Assembly (NCBI GenBank): GCA_001004905.1
Contig: LCRY01000002.1
Coordinates: 378,129 to 442,128 of the forward strand
DNA length: 64,000 bases
Direction: 5' to 3'
Source of the DNA: Parcubacteria group bacterium GW2011_GWA1_56_13
Lineage (GTDB): Bacteria; Patescibacteriota; Minisyncoccia; Phycocordibacterales; Phycocordibacteraceae
Made by a program: the position numbers and the translations under genes. The notes beneath the pieces are model-generated. The model did no database searches. It saw only the letters and a program-made list of their open reading frames with translations, and was not told the DNA's origin. Below are positions 45,862 through 55,233 of the stretch, one piece after another; within the stretch, counting starts at the first letter, position 1; every line of letters begins with the position of its first letter.

Positions 45862-46508
45862 TGTCGCCCTAGCAACGTAAAAAATGGTGTGTTATTATGC
45901 CGTCAGTCGCTCGCCAAGGTCGAGATGACTGAGGACGGAGCGGCAATTCTTTTTCTTTCACACGATCTGGAGGTGTACGATGAACGCTAAGTTCGCATCC
46001 AGTATCATCCTTTCCATCGTTTGCGCCATCAGCTTGTCCTTTTCGAATCCTGTTCTCGCCGGCGACAAGCTGACTAGCCAGAAAGTCCACAATGCCGTAT
46101 GGCAGTTCCTCGAAGGCAGCGCGGGCGGCTTGCAGGTCATAGGCGTCCTGGAGGTACCGCAACAAAACGTTGCGAAGGCAGATTTGGTCATCCAGAACTG
46201 GCTCCTTGCCACCCCGAAAAATGACCCGGTCACTGCATATGCCCTTGGGCCTGGTGGACAGACATTCAAGTGGTCGGGGCGAGCCGTCGCAGTATTCGTG
46301 CACTACAACGATGGGCGATGGGTACTGAATCGGGTCGCCTTCGAACGAGGAACGTTCGATAACCTGAACATCGTTGCCAGGTGATAGCGATAGCGGACCC
46401 TCCACAACCTCACCGAGCGTGGGGTTGTTTATTTACCCCGGCTCCACGGGATTCGAACCGCTGCGCTTCGCGCCTCCCGCGCCGACCGTGAGATGCATTT
46501 GGAGTAGT
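45834..46508. mobile_element. Mini-island bounded by 29-bp direct repeats of the recG 3' end
   Basis: cgccgaccgtgagatgcatttggagtagt at 45834-45862 and 46480-46508. Confidence 0.7.
45980..46384 (+). CDS. Secreted hypothetical protein
   Basis: GGAGG RBS; signal peptide ending VLA. Confidence 0.7.
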   Translation: MNAKFASSIILSIVCAISLSFSNPVLAGDKLTSQKVHNAVWQFLEGSAGGLQVIGVLEVPQQNVAKADLVIQNWLLATPKNDPVTAYALGPGGQTFKWSGRAVAVFVHYNDGRWVLNRVAFERGTFDNLNIVAR

Positions 46509-46612
46509 CGTGCGCTACAGTATCAGAACGCCCATCCGTATGATTACATACTGTGTGGTCGTTCGGAGAATATGAGAACGAACGAGGAAATTCATCTCAT
46601 GTTTCCTCACTC

Positions 46613-46689
46613 CCACCCGTAGCTCAGCTGGTTAGAGCATCGAGCTTATACCTCGAGGGTCCTTGGTTCGAATCCAAGCGGGTGGACCA
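46613..46689 (+). tRNA. tRNA-Ile(TAT), CCA encoded
   Basis: CCACCCG/CGGGTGG-ACCA; TCGAG-CTTATAC-CTCGA. Confidence 0.9.
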
Positions 46690-46691
46690 GT

Positions 46692-48641
46692 TTACGCGAT
46701 GTCGCCGGAGCCAACGGGAGCGATGGTGATACCTGGCTCCTCTTCTTTTTTCTTCGGCGTGATGCCGTTCGCGATGAGGATTTTCTCGAATTCGTGGCGC
46801 TCGACGGTCTCCTTTTCGATGAGTTCCTTGGCGATGGCGTCGAGCGCGGTACGGTGCTCGGTGATGACCTTTTTTGCGCGAGATTTCGCCTCGTCAATGA
46901 TGCGGGCGACTTCGGCGTCTATCTGTGCCGCGACCTGCTCGGAGTACGGTTCGTTCCCGAGGTTCCGCTCGCCGAAGGCGATGGGGCCCATCCGCTCGCT
47001 CATTCCGTAGCGGGCGACCATGTCGCGTGCAAGCGCGGTAATGACCATCAGGTCGTTCGACGGCCCGGTCGTCACGTCGTCGAAGAGCAACTCTTCGGTA
47101 ACGTAGCCGCCGAGCGTTGCCGCGATATCGTCGAGGAACTGTTTTCTCGACTGCATCTTTTTATCTTCAAACGGAAGCTTCAGCGTATAGCCGGCGGCGC
47201 GGCCGCGGCTGATGATGGAAATTTTGTGTACCGGGTCGGCGTTCGGAAGTATCGAGGAGACGAGTGCGTGTCCGGCTTCGTGGTATGCCGTCAGCTCTTT
47301 TTCTTTCTTCGTGAGCAAGTGTGATTTGCGCTCCGGGCCGAGCATCACCTTTTCTATCGAGCGTATAAGGTCGTACTGCGTCACCTCTTTACGATTCTCG
47401 CGTGCGGCGAGTATCGCCCCTTCGTTCATGAGCGAATAGAGTTCGGCGCCCGAGAAGCCCGGCGTCCGCTCCGCGATGACCGCGAGCGCCACATCCGGGC
47501 CCAAGGGCTTCGTGCGCGCGTGTATCTTCAATATCTCCTCGCGGTCGCGGCGGTCCGGCAGGTCTATGGTGACGCGCCGGTCGAAACGGCCCGGGCGCAG
47601 AAGCGCGGGGTCGAGTACGTCGGGTCTGTTGGTCGCCGCCATGACAACGACTTTCTCGGTCGGCTCGAATCCGTCCATTTCCACGAGTATCTGGTTCAGC
47701 GTCTGTTCGCGCTCATCGTTGCCGCCGCCCACTCCCGCGCCGCGCACGCGCCCGACCGCGTCTATCTCATCAACGAAGATGATGGCGGGTGCCGCTTTTT
47801 TCGCGAGCTGGAACAGGTCGCGCACGCGGGAAGCACCGACGCCGACGAACATTTCGACGAATTCGGAGCCCGAAATGGAGAAGAACGGCACACCCGCTTC
47901 GCCCGCGACCGCGCGTGCAAGCAACGTCTTGCCCGTGCCCGGCGCGCCCATGAGGATAATGCCCTTCGGTATGCGCGCGCCGATGTCGAGGAATTTCTTC
48001 GGACTCTTGAGAAAGTCGACTATCTCAAGAAGCTCTTCCTTCGCCTCGCGCGCCCCCGCGATATCCTTGAAGGTGACGCGTTGTGAAAGATCGGCGGGGT
48101 CGGTCACGCGCGCCTTGGACTGGCCGAAACTGAAGGCCTGCATGCCCGCACCCCGCACTTGCCGCGAAAGGAACCAAAATAAAAACGCGATGAAAAGAAG
48201 CGGGAGTACGATCGGCGCGAGCGTGAGGAACCAGAATTCAAACCCGGATTGTCCCTGTATCGTTATGGAAACCTTGGTGAGTTCCTGCGGCGTAACGCCG
48301 TAAGTCGCGAGCGTCTCCGGAAGTCCCGCGGAAGGGTCCTTGCGCGAGGTTTTTTCCGCTCCGTCGGTATAGACGAGGTCAAGCGAATCGCCCCTCACGG
48401 TGATCGACTGCACCTTCCCCGCCGCGACGTCCGCAGCAACGACCGAAAGAGGAATGTCTGAACTCGGCTCTACAAGACCGGAAAAGAGCGAATAGGCGCT
48501 CATGAGGACGAGGAATATGAGGACCGTCGTCGTTAGGTTGCCGAAGAACGACGGGCCGCCGAAAAACGAGCGCATGTTCCGCCGGAACGGCGGTATTGAG
48601 GGCTTCTTCCCTTTTGGTTTCTTCGCCGGTGTGCGAGGCAT
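46692..48641 (-). CDS. ftsH: ATP-dependent zinc metalloprotease FtsH
   Basis: [24 protein letters not shown]; start at MPRTPAKK. Confidence 0.96.
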   Translation of the reverse strand: MPRTPAKKPKGKKPSIPPFRRNMRSFFGGPSFFGNLTTTVLIFLVLMSAYSLFSGLVEPSSDIPLSVVAADVAAGKVQSITVRGDSLDLVYTDGAEKTSRKDPSAGLPETLATYGVTPQELTKVSITIQGQSGFEFWFLTLAPIVLPLLFIAFLFWFLSRQVRGAGMQAFSFGQSKARVTDPADLSQRVTFKDIAGAREAKEELLEIVDFLKSPKKFLDIGARIPKGIILMGAPGTGKTLLARAVAGEAGVPFFSISGSEFVEMFVGVGASRVRDLFQLAKKAAPAIIFVDEIDAVGRVRGAGVGGGNDEREQTLNQILVEMDGFEPTEKVVVMAATNRPDVLDPALLRPGRFDRRVTIDLPDRRDREEILKIHARTKPLGPDVALAVIAERTPGFSGAELYSLMNEGAILAARENRKEVTQYDLIRSIEKVMLGPERKSHLLTKKEKELTAYHEAGHALVSSILPNADPVHKISIISRGRAAGYTLKLPFEDKKMQSRKQFLDDIAATLGGYVTEELLFDDVTTGPSNDLMVITALARDMVARYGMSERMGPIAFGERNLGNEPYSEQVAAQIDAEVARIIDEAKSRAKKVITEHRTALDAIAKELIEKETVERHEFEKILIANGITPKKKEEEPGITIAPVGSGDIA

Positions 48642-48726
48642 GGCAGGTACTATACCTCGCGCTATGGTGAAAGTCATGCTTCGTATGGCCGGGTAGCCCG
48701 CTATTTTGCGGGGTATACTCTGTCGT

Positions 48727-49170
48727 ATGACCCTCGTCGCATACAAGAAAGCGTTGCTCAAATACATCCCGCTTGAGAGCTTTTCTGCGGGACTCGAACT
48801 TTTCGGCACCGAAGTGAAAGCATTGCGAAGCAAGCTCGGCTCTTTAGAGGGTGCGCGTGTGGTGGTGCGGGGAGGCGAAGCGTTCATCGTCGGTATGACC
48901 ATTCCGCCGTACCAGACCGCAAATACTAACAAGAGTTATGAGCCGGACCGCGCGCGACGCCTGCTGCTCACCAAAAGAGAGATAGCCGCGCTCGCCGACG
49001 CCGAAGCAAAAAAGGGCTTGACAATTATACCTCTTGAGGTGTATACTGCAGGCACATTCGTGAAGGCGCGCATCGCCATCGTTCGCGGCAAGGGCAAGGA
49101 GGACCGCCGCGAGGACCTGAAGAAGCGCGACGCCGAGCGGGAACGGGAGCGTGTCCTGAAAAATCGCTGA
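48727..49170 (+). CDS. smpB: SsrA-binding protein SmpB
   Basis: AGLELFGTEVKALR, RRLLL, GKGKEDRRE. Confidence 0.93.
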   Translation: MTLVAYKKALLKYIPLESFSAGLELFGTEVKALRSKLGSLEGARVVVRGGEAFIVGMTIPPYQTANTNKSYEPDRARRLLLTKREIAALADAEAKKGLTIIPLEVYTAGTFVKARIAIVRGKGKEDRREDLKKRDAERERERVLKNR

Positions 49171-49210
49171 TCGGTCGCAGAAAGCACAGAAATGGTATTC
49201 TGTTCTCTCT

Positions 49211-49613
49211 GGGGGTGACCGGCTTTGACGGTCTGTACCTTGAAATGCGTGCGACGCAGTGCACTCCCGCTCACCACTGTAAACTGGCGGGAAACAAACT
49301 TGCCAAGAACACTCTTGCAAGCGCGAAGCAGTCGCCTTACTTCGGTAAGGTCGGCGATATCGCGTTCGCCTACGCGACGGCTCGCGGCTAACGCCCGTTC
49401 ATCCTCCCGGGTTTTCGCAGCCGGAGGCATGGGCGGAATTATCTGCGGAATCGGTCCTTCGTTCTCCCGAACTGAGGATCTAAACAAGGGATCGGGCAGG
49501 AATGGTTTCGCCGGCGTTCCTCGCATCCTGCCTTAGACACGAACGTTGGCTATGCGTCGTAGAAGCGCTTTCATAGACGGATTCGGACCGGGGTCCAATT
49601 CCCCGCACCTCCA
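49211..49613 (+). ncRNA. ssrA: tmRNA
   Basis: GGGGGTGA...CACCTCCA tRNA-like ends; adjacent to smpB; candidate tag ORF 49302-49391. Confidence 0.92.
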
Positions 49614-49684
49614 CAAAATAACGAGTCCTGAAAGGACGACTATATTTTGTGAGAGTACTGAGTTCTGTCCGCAGAACGAACGTG

Positions 49685-49731
49685 CTCCACAAAATGAAAA
49701 CACCCCTTCCGGGTGTTTTCATTTTGTGGAG
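49685..49731. terminator. Long hairpin downstream of ssrA containing a copy of the tmRNA 3' end
   Basis: ctccacaaaatgaaaacaccc...gggtgttttcattttgtggag. Confidence 0.7.
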
Positions 49732-49784
49732 AGGCAAAAGAAGTGACCGCCTGCAGAATCTTGCAGGCGGTCGGGGGCGGTAAT

Positions 49785-50036
49785 TCATGGCGCCGGTTTT
49801 TCGTCGCGCACGTGCGGTTGCACGAGCGGAACGGACATGACCGCCATGGCCACCCTAGACGGCACGCCGAGCCAGTAAAAGCCGGCCAGGAACGCCCGGG
49901 ACCACGCCTCGACCCCTTGGCGCACGGTGTCACCGACCGCCAGCGCCATTTGGAGCGGCAAAAGCGATGACGCAACCGGGGCGTCGGCAGGGGCCGGGTG
50001 GAAGTGCGTTTCCACAGAGGGCTGTGTAAACAGCAT
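49785..50036 (-). CDS. Hypothetical small protein
   Basis: AAGGAGG RBS; 83 aa. Confidence 0.4.
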   Translation of the reverse strand: MLFTQPSVETHFHPAPADAPVASSLLPLQMALAVGDTVRQGVEAWSRAFLAGFYWLGVPSRVAMAVMSVPLVQPHVRDEKPAP

Positions 50037-50258
50037 CTGAACCTCCTTTACTCATCACAAAGAGCATCCCTGGCCTGGATGAACCGGGCCATCGTCGCCA
50101 TTATAACACTTTCAATCCTGTCCCCGCACGCTTGTTAATGGACAGAGGACGAAGTACGTTTCTTGATTTATTCGATGATTTTGCTATGGTACGACCCTGT
50201 AATTAACCGGGTTCCCTGGACGAAATTGCAGTGTTCCTTATTCGAGGAGGTGACTAAG

Positions 50259-50996
50259 ATGAAACCGCCGGACAAAATCATCGTCGCACTGGATGTGCCG
50301 GACTTCGGCAAAGCGCTTGAGCTCGCCGTTCTTTTGCGTCCGCACGTCTGGGGCTTCAAGTTCAACGTCGTGTTCCTGACTTTCGTACTTTCGCAGCTAC
50401 TCACCTGTAAAGATGAGAGAGAGGCCCTTGGCAAACTTCGGACGCTCAACCAGCTGTTCAAGACCATCTCGAAGATTTTCTGGGACGGCAAGTTCAATGA
50501 CATCCCGAGAACCGTGTACGGCGCATCGAGAGCACTGAGGGACCTGCAGGTGAAGATGTTCGACGTGCACGCATCCGCGGGGTCCGACGCGATGAAAGCG
50601 GCCTTGGCGCAAAAAGGAAAGTCGCTCGTGCTCGCGAACACCGTACTTTCTTCGCTCGACGGAGATACGGTGCAGTCGATCTTTGGGGCGTCAGCGGAGG
50701 AAAAAGTTCTGCAGTTTTCCCATGAGGCGATGGATATCGGTTGTGACGGCATCGTCGCCTCGGCCAGGGAGCTCGCTATTCTGCGCACGCATGAACGGTT
50801 CTGTGGTTGGACAAAGGTTGCTGTGGGCATCCGGGATGCAGGCGATCCGATCGACGACCAAACGCGCTCCACGACCGCCGCCGAAGCGATACGAGCGGGC
50901 GCGACCCATCTCGTTATCGGGCGGCCTATCACCGGAGCAGATGACCCGGTTAAGGCGGCGCAAAAGTTCGCGGCCCAAATCGGCGAAGCAGTGTAG
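50259..50996 (+). CDS. pyrF: Orotidine-5'-phosphate decarboxylase
   Basis: IIVALD, DGKFNDIPRT, GIR, VIGRPI; GGAGG RBS. Confidence 0.92.
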   Translation: MKPPDKIIVALDVPDFGKALELAVLLRPHVWGFKFNVVFLTFVLSQLLTCKDEREALGKLRTLNQLFKTISKIFWDGKFNDIPRTVYGASRALRDLQVKMFDVHASAGSDAMKAALAQKGKSLVLANTVLSSLDGDTVQSIFGASAEEKVLQFSHEAMDIGCDGIVASARELAILRTHERFCGWTKVAVGIRDAGDPIDDQTRSTTAAEAIRAGATHLVIGRPITGADDPVKAAQKFAAQIGEAV

Positions 50997-51008
50997 TGTA
51001 CCCGTTTC

Positions 51009-51040
51009 GAGGCGCTTCCTTCGGGAGCGCCTCATTTTTA
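51009..51040 (+). terminator. Rho-independent terminator after pyrF
   Basis: gaggcgcttcc-ttcg-ggagcgcctc + T-rich tail. Confidence 0.7.
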
Positions 51041-51146
51041 TTTCACGTTCTTAACATCGTTTTCACTCCATCTTGTTACCATACTCCCGTGATTGGCCGT
51101 ATACGCCGTATGCGGATGCGATTACAAGGTTCTTTTCTTTCATGAG

Positions 51147-51812
51147 ATGTCAACCAAAGGGTGCACTAAGGTGTCAACCAAACGTAAGGAGGTCCGGCGT
51201 GACCTCGGTGAGGATCGGCGCGAACTCGCGCATAAGTTGATAGAAGTCGGCGCCGTGTCACCGCATGTCGCTGATCCCTCTCTTCAGTTTCCGTTGAATC
51301 TGCGCACCCCGGACGATCCGTGTCCGGGGCCGCTCACGCCGGAAATCGTCGACCTAGCGGCGCGGTGTATGCATAAGATTCTGAAAGCGTTGGGGCCGGT
51401 CGACGCAATTGTCGGGATCCCGCCGGCAGGCGAACCGTTCGCAAGGGCGATCGCGATGCTCCCTCCTCGCACGCTGCATATCGTGCCCGAGATATGGGAA
51501 GACGGAGGGAGGAAGCATATCGTGTCGCTTGGGCGAACACCGATACTCGTCATCACGAAGGTCCTGCTCGTGGACGCCCTTCTCGAGGAGGGTGGCTTGA
51601 TGTGCGAGACGGTCAGGGTACTGCGGGACGCACGGATAGAAGTGGCTGATGCCATGGTGGTGGTTGACCGCGGGATGGGCGGCAGTAAAGAGCTTGCGAA
51701 GCTTGGCTGCCATTTGCACCCGATATTCACTGCGTCCGAGTTGCTGGAGTTATGCGCCGAAAGCAATAGGATAAGCAACCAACCTCCTGGCGGCTTTCAT
51801 CCACGTCCATAA
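51147..51812 (+). CDS. Orotate phosphoribosyltransferase-like protein, degenerate
   Basis: NLRT, GIPPAGEPFA, VVVDR; PRPP motif altered to VLLVDALLEEG; start uncertain. Confidence 0.65.
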   Translation: MSTKGCTKVSTKRKEVRRDLGEDRRELAHKLIEVGAVSPHVADPSLQFPLNLRTPDDPCPGPLTPEIVDLAARCMHKILKALGPVDAIVGIPPAGEPFARAIAMLPPRTLHIVPEIWEDGGRKHIVSLGRTPILVITKVLLVDALLEEGGLMCETVRVLRDARIEVADAMVVVDRGMGGSKELAKLGCHLHPIFTASELLELCAESNRISNQPPGGFHPRP

Positions 51813-51841
51813 ATTCACAAAAAACTCACAAAAAAAGGGGC

Positions 51842-51872
51842 GCCCGACGCAGTGGTTTGCGTCGGGCTTTTT
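51842..51872 (+). terminator. Rho-independent terminator
   Basis: gcccgacgca...tgcgtcgggc-ttttt. Confidence 0.7.
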
Positions 51873-51962
51873 ATGTTTAGCGAGGTCACCGCATCGATGC
51901 CCTTGCAAATAATAATATCTGTGATACAATGCACACAGACCAGTAACCAAACGGGAGAGCTC

Positions 51963-52340
51963 ATGAGCTCGAAAATCGTTGCAGGCCGGAATCAGGCACG
52001 CGAAGCGGCATGGCGGAAGCTGCTCGAACGACTGAGGAACCGAATCGCCCTGTGGAATATGGACCACGAAGGGTTCGACCTCTACAACGCTTTTCTTTCC
52101 GAAGTGTCCGGGAGCCCGAAAATACCTTGGACGCAAAAAGAGCGGATACTTCACCATTTCCGCGAGGAAGCGAAACTCATCAGAGATTTCGATCCCGTGG
52201 AGGCAGAAGGTCTGGCGTTGTCCAAGGCGATTTTGGAGATGATATCCGGCGAAGCCCGGAATTATCGCTCGGCGCAGAACATGCAGATGTATTTGCTGCT
52301 GAAAGCCATCTGCGGTCCCTCCAAAGCCGCGCCGCACTGA
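51963..52340 (+). CDS. Hypothetical protein
   Basis: GGGAG RBS; helical 125-aa ORF followed by a hairpin at 52366-52397. Confidence 0.5.
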   Translation: MSSKIVAGRNQAREAAWRKLLERLRNRIALWNMDHEGFDLYNAFLSEVSGSPKIPWTQKERILHHFREEAKLIRDFDPVEAEGLALSKAILEMISGEARNYRSAQNMQMYLLLKAICGPSKAAPH

Positions 52341-52400
52341 CGGCCCGAGAAATCTCGTCGCGACAGAAGCCCTTGGATCTCCCAGGGGCTTCCTTTTACC

Positions 52401-54209
52401 TTATCGGCGCGATCTCGCGCGATCATTCTCGGTAAGGAATTGTTTGCGCAGGCGGACACTCGCAGGTGTGATCTCCAGATACTCGTCGTCTGCCATTACC
52501 TCGAGCCCGCGCTCAATGGTAAGGTCGAAGGTCGGCACAAGCACGATGGCTTCGTCGGTTCCGGAGGCGCGGACGTTCGACTGGTTCTTCCCTCTCGTCG
52601 GGTTTACCAGCATCTCCTCGCCTTTCGCGGTGTTGCCGATGACCATGCCCTCGTACACCTCGGTCGCCGGCTTCACGTAGAGCTGCCCCCGGTCCTGCAG
52701 GTTCCAGAGCGAATAGCCGAGCGCTTTGCCGGTGGCCATCGAGATCATTGAGCCGACCTGGCGCTTCCTGATCTCGCCCGCGAACGGATGGAAACCGACG
52801 AAACGCGACGAGAGAATTCCCTCGCCTTTGGTATCAATAATGAACATATTCTTATAGCCCAAAAGGCCGCGCGTCGGCCCGAGAAGTGTGAGACGGACCA
52901 TGTTCCCGTGCTGGACGAGGTTCTGTAGCACGAAAGCGCGCTGACCCAGCTTCTCGATGACCGCTCCTTGGAATTCTGACGGCGTATCGACGATGACTTC
53001 TTCAAAGGGCTCCGTTTGCATGCCGTTTTCCTCGCGGAAAATGACATGCGGCTGCGAGACCTGGAGCTCATAGCCCTCGCGCCGCATGTTTTCAAGAAGC
53101 ACGGCGATATGGAGTTCGCCGCGGCCGGACACGTGGAAGGAATCCGAGTTGGAGAAATCTATCTTGAGCCCGACATTGACCTCGAGTTCCTTCATGAGCC
53201 GTTCGCGTATCTGGCGGCTCGTGACGCACTTCCCTTCTCGGCCGGCGAACGGCGAATTATTAACGAGGAAATCGAGCGAGATAGTCGGCTCGTCCACGGC
53301 GATCGCGGGCAGGGGTGCCGCATTCTCATCGGTCGTGACGGTCTCGCCGATATAGATGTCGGGGAGGCCCGCGACGAGCACGATATCTCCCGCCGATGCT
53401 TCCGGCGTTTCAACGCGTTCAAGCCCTTTGAACGTAAATATCTTCGTCGTACGGCCGGTGCGCGTCGTGCCATCCGCTTTTTTTATAAAAACCTGCTGAT
53501 TGGGACGGACGGTCCCCGCATAGATGCGACCGACCGCGAGCCGGCCCATGAAATTGTCGTACGCGAGATTGAAGGGCTGCAGCATCAAAGGCGCATCTGC
53601 GGACGCGCTCACGTTTGCGGCGGGAACCTTGTCGAGAATGTCGGCTTCGGCCATGGAGCCGCCTGTCATGAGCTTGTCGGGGGAAAGCGCGGCACGGCCG
53701 TCGCGACCGATCGAGTAGACGACCGGAAAATCGGATTGCTCGTCGGAAGCGCCGAGCTCGAGGAAAAGTTCGAGCACCTGCTCGAGGGTAGCGGCCGGAT
53801 CGGCCGCGGGCTTGTCCACCTTATTGATGATGACGATGGGCTTGAGCCCGAGTTCGAGCGATTTCTTCAGTACGAAACGGGTCTGCGGCATCGGCCCTTC
53901 TTGCGCATCAACGACGAGCAGGACCGAATCAATGGAGCGCAGCACGCGCTCAACCTCGCTGCCGAAATCCGCGTGCCCGGGCGTGTCCACGATGTTTATC
54001 TTCGTGACGGGACGTCCCGAGTCCTTCGAAGGATATTCGACCGCCGCGTTCTTCGCGTAAATGGTAATGCCGCGCTCCCTCTCGAGCGCGTTCGTGTCCA
54101 TCGTGGTTCCTTCCGCCGCCGCGCCCGTCTGCTTCAGAATGGCGTCAGTAAGCGCGGTTTTCCCGTGGTCCACATGTGCGATTATCGCTATATTTCTTAT
54201 CTCGGTCAT
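52401..54209 (-). CDS. typA: Translational GTPase TypA/BipA
   Basis: [31 protein letters not shown]. Confidence 0.96.
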   Translation of the reverse strand: MTEIRNIAIIAHVDHGKTALTDAILKQTGAAAEGTTMDTNALERERGITIYAKNAAVEYPSKDSGRPVTKINIVDTPGHADFGSEVERVLRSIDSVLLVVDAQEGPMPQTRFVLKKSLELGLKPIVIINKVDKPAADPAATLEQVLELFLELGASDEQSDFPVVYSIGRDGRAALSPDKLMTGGSMAEADILDKVPAANVSASADAPLMLQPFNLAYDNFMGRLAVGRIYAGTVRPNQQVFIKKADGTTRTGRTTKIFTFKGLERVETPEASAGDIVLVAGLPDIYIGETVTTDENAAPLPAIAVDEPTISLDFLVNNSPFAGREGKCVTSRQIRERLMKELEVNVGLKIDFSNSDSFHVSGRGELHIAVLLENMRREGYELQVSQPHVIFREENGMQTEPFEEVIVDTPSEFQGAVIEKLGQRAFVLQNLVQHGNMVRLTLLGPTRGLLGYKNMFIIDTKGEGILSSRFVGFHPFAGEIRKRQVGSMISMATGKALGYSLWNLQDRGQLYVKPATEVYEGMVIGNTAKGEEMLVNPTRGKNQSNVRASGTDEAIVLVPTFDLTIERGLEVMADDEYLEITPASVRLRKQFLTENDRARSRR

Positions 54210-54218
54210 ATTGAAAAG

Positions 54219-54326
54219 TTATTTCCCGAATGCGATGAATCGCGCCCCGTAGCCGTCCGAGCGAAGCGAGGACGTGGTACTGGGGTGGTCCACATGGGCA
54301 ATGATGGCGATATTACGTATTTCCAT
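54219..54326 (-). mobile_element. Abandoned typA 5' copy plus 42-bp palindromic element
   Basis: Encodes [14 protein letters not shown], then ccccagtaccacgtcctcgcttcgctcggacggctacggggc (54285-54244). Confidence 0.75.
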
Positions 54327-54407
54327 AAATAAAAATGGCCGTGAGGCCGATGCTCTCAATATACAACAAAACGCCGCTGATGAAAAGCGCGTGAACGGAG
54401 ACGGCGT

Positions 54408-55184
54408 TTATTGGCGCAGGCCGAGGCCGATGCGGATGAGATACCACGCAATGCCGAGAAAGAGGAGCGCGAAGAACAGCAATATCCCGAACGACAGCGA
54501 GAGCGAAGCGTCCGCAACGCCAAGGAATCCGTAGCGGAAACCGTTTATCACGTAAAAGATGGGGTCGAATTTGGTGAGGGTCCCCCAAAATCCGGGCAGC
54601 GACTGCGTCGAATAGAAGACCCCGCCGAGGTAGACCAAGGGCGTAAGCACGAAGGTTGGCACGATGTTGATGCCGTCCATTGATTTGGCGAACACGCCGT
54701 TGATGAGTCCCGCCACGGCGAAGATGAGACTCGTCACGAGGAGAAAGAGGATGATGACGGCAAGATTATGGACGGCGAGGTCGGTGAAGAAGAGCGAGAC
54801 CGCGATGACGATGATGCCGATGAGGACGCCGCGCACCATCGCACCGGCCACAAACCCGGCAACGATGACCCACGGGGGCGTTGGCGACACGAGTATCTCG
54901 TCAATATTGCGCGCGAAGAATTTCGACATGAACATGGTGAAGGAAGAATTCGTGTAGGAATTGGTCACGACGGCGAGCATGACGAGCCCCGGTACGACGA
55001 AATTAATATATGGAACGCCCTGCACCTGCCCGATGCGCGAGCCAAGGAACGTCCCGAAAATGAGGAAGTATAGTACGGACGTGACGACCGACGGCAAGAA
55101 GGTTTGCGCCCAGATCCGCATGATGCGCACTACGTCCTTGCGGACGATAGTGTAGAAGGAAATCCATGTCTGGTACGGGGTCAT
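54408..55184 (-). CDS. ABC-2 transporter permease (YadH-like)
   Basis: QTFLPSV, VPGLVM, PLVYLGGVFYS, INGFRYG. Confidence 0.88.
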   Translation of the reverse strand: MTPYQTWISFYTIVRKDVVRIMRIWAQTFLPSVVTSVLYFLIFGTFLGSRIGQVQGVPYINFVVPGLVMLAVVTNSYTNSSFTMFMSKFFARNIDEILVSPTPPWVIVAGFVAGAMVRGVLIGIIVIAVSLFFTDLAVHNLAVIILFLLVTSLIFAVAGLINGVFAKSMDGINIVPTFVLTPLVYLGGVFYSTQSLPGFWGTLTKFDPIFYVINGFRYGFLGVADASLSLSFGILLFFALLFLGIAWYLIRIGLGLRQ

Positions 55185-55233
55185 GTCATGTATGGTGAGC
55201 GATGTATCCTGAACTTCGTCGAAGGAAGTTGAA

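Noticed and set aside
46436-46475. Additional tRNA gene
   Set aside because: Only a T-arm-like 12-mer; no cloverleaf can be formed
48936-49975. ORFs across ssrA
   Set aside because: Explained by smpB, tmRNA and downstream hairpins
53016-54332. 438-aa plus-strand ORF
   Set aside because: Antisense to typA with no recognisable motifs
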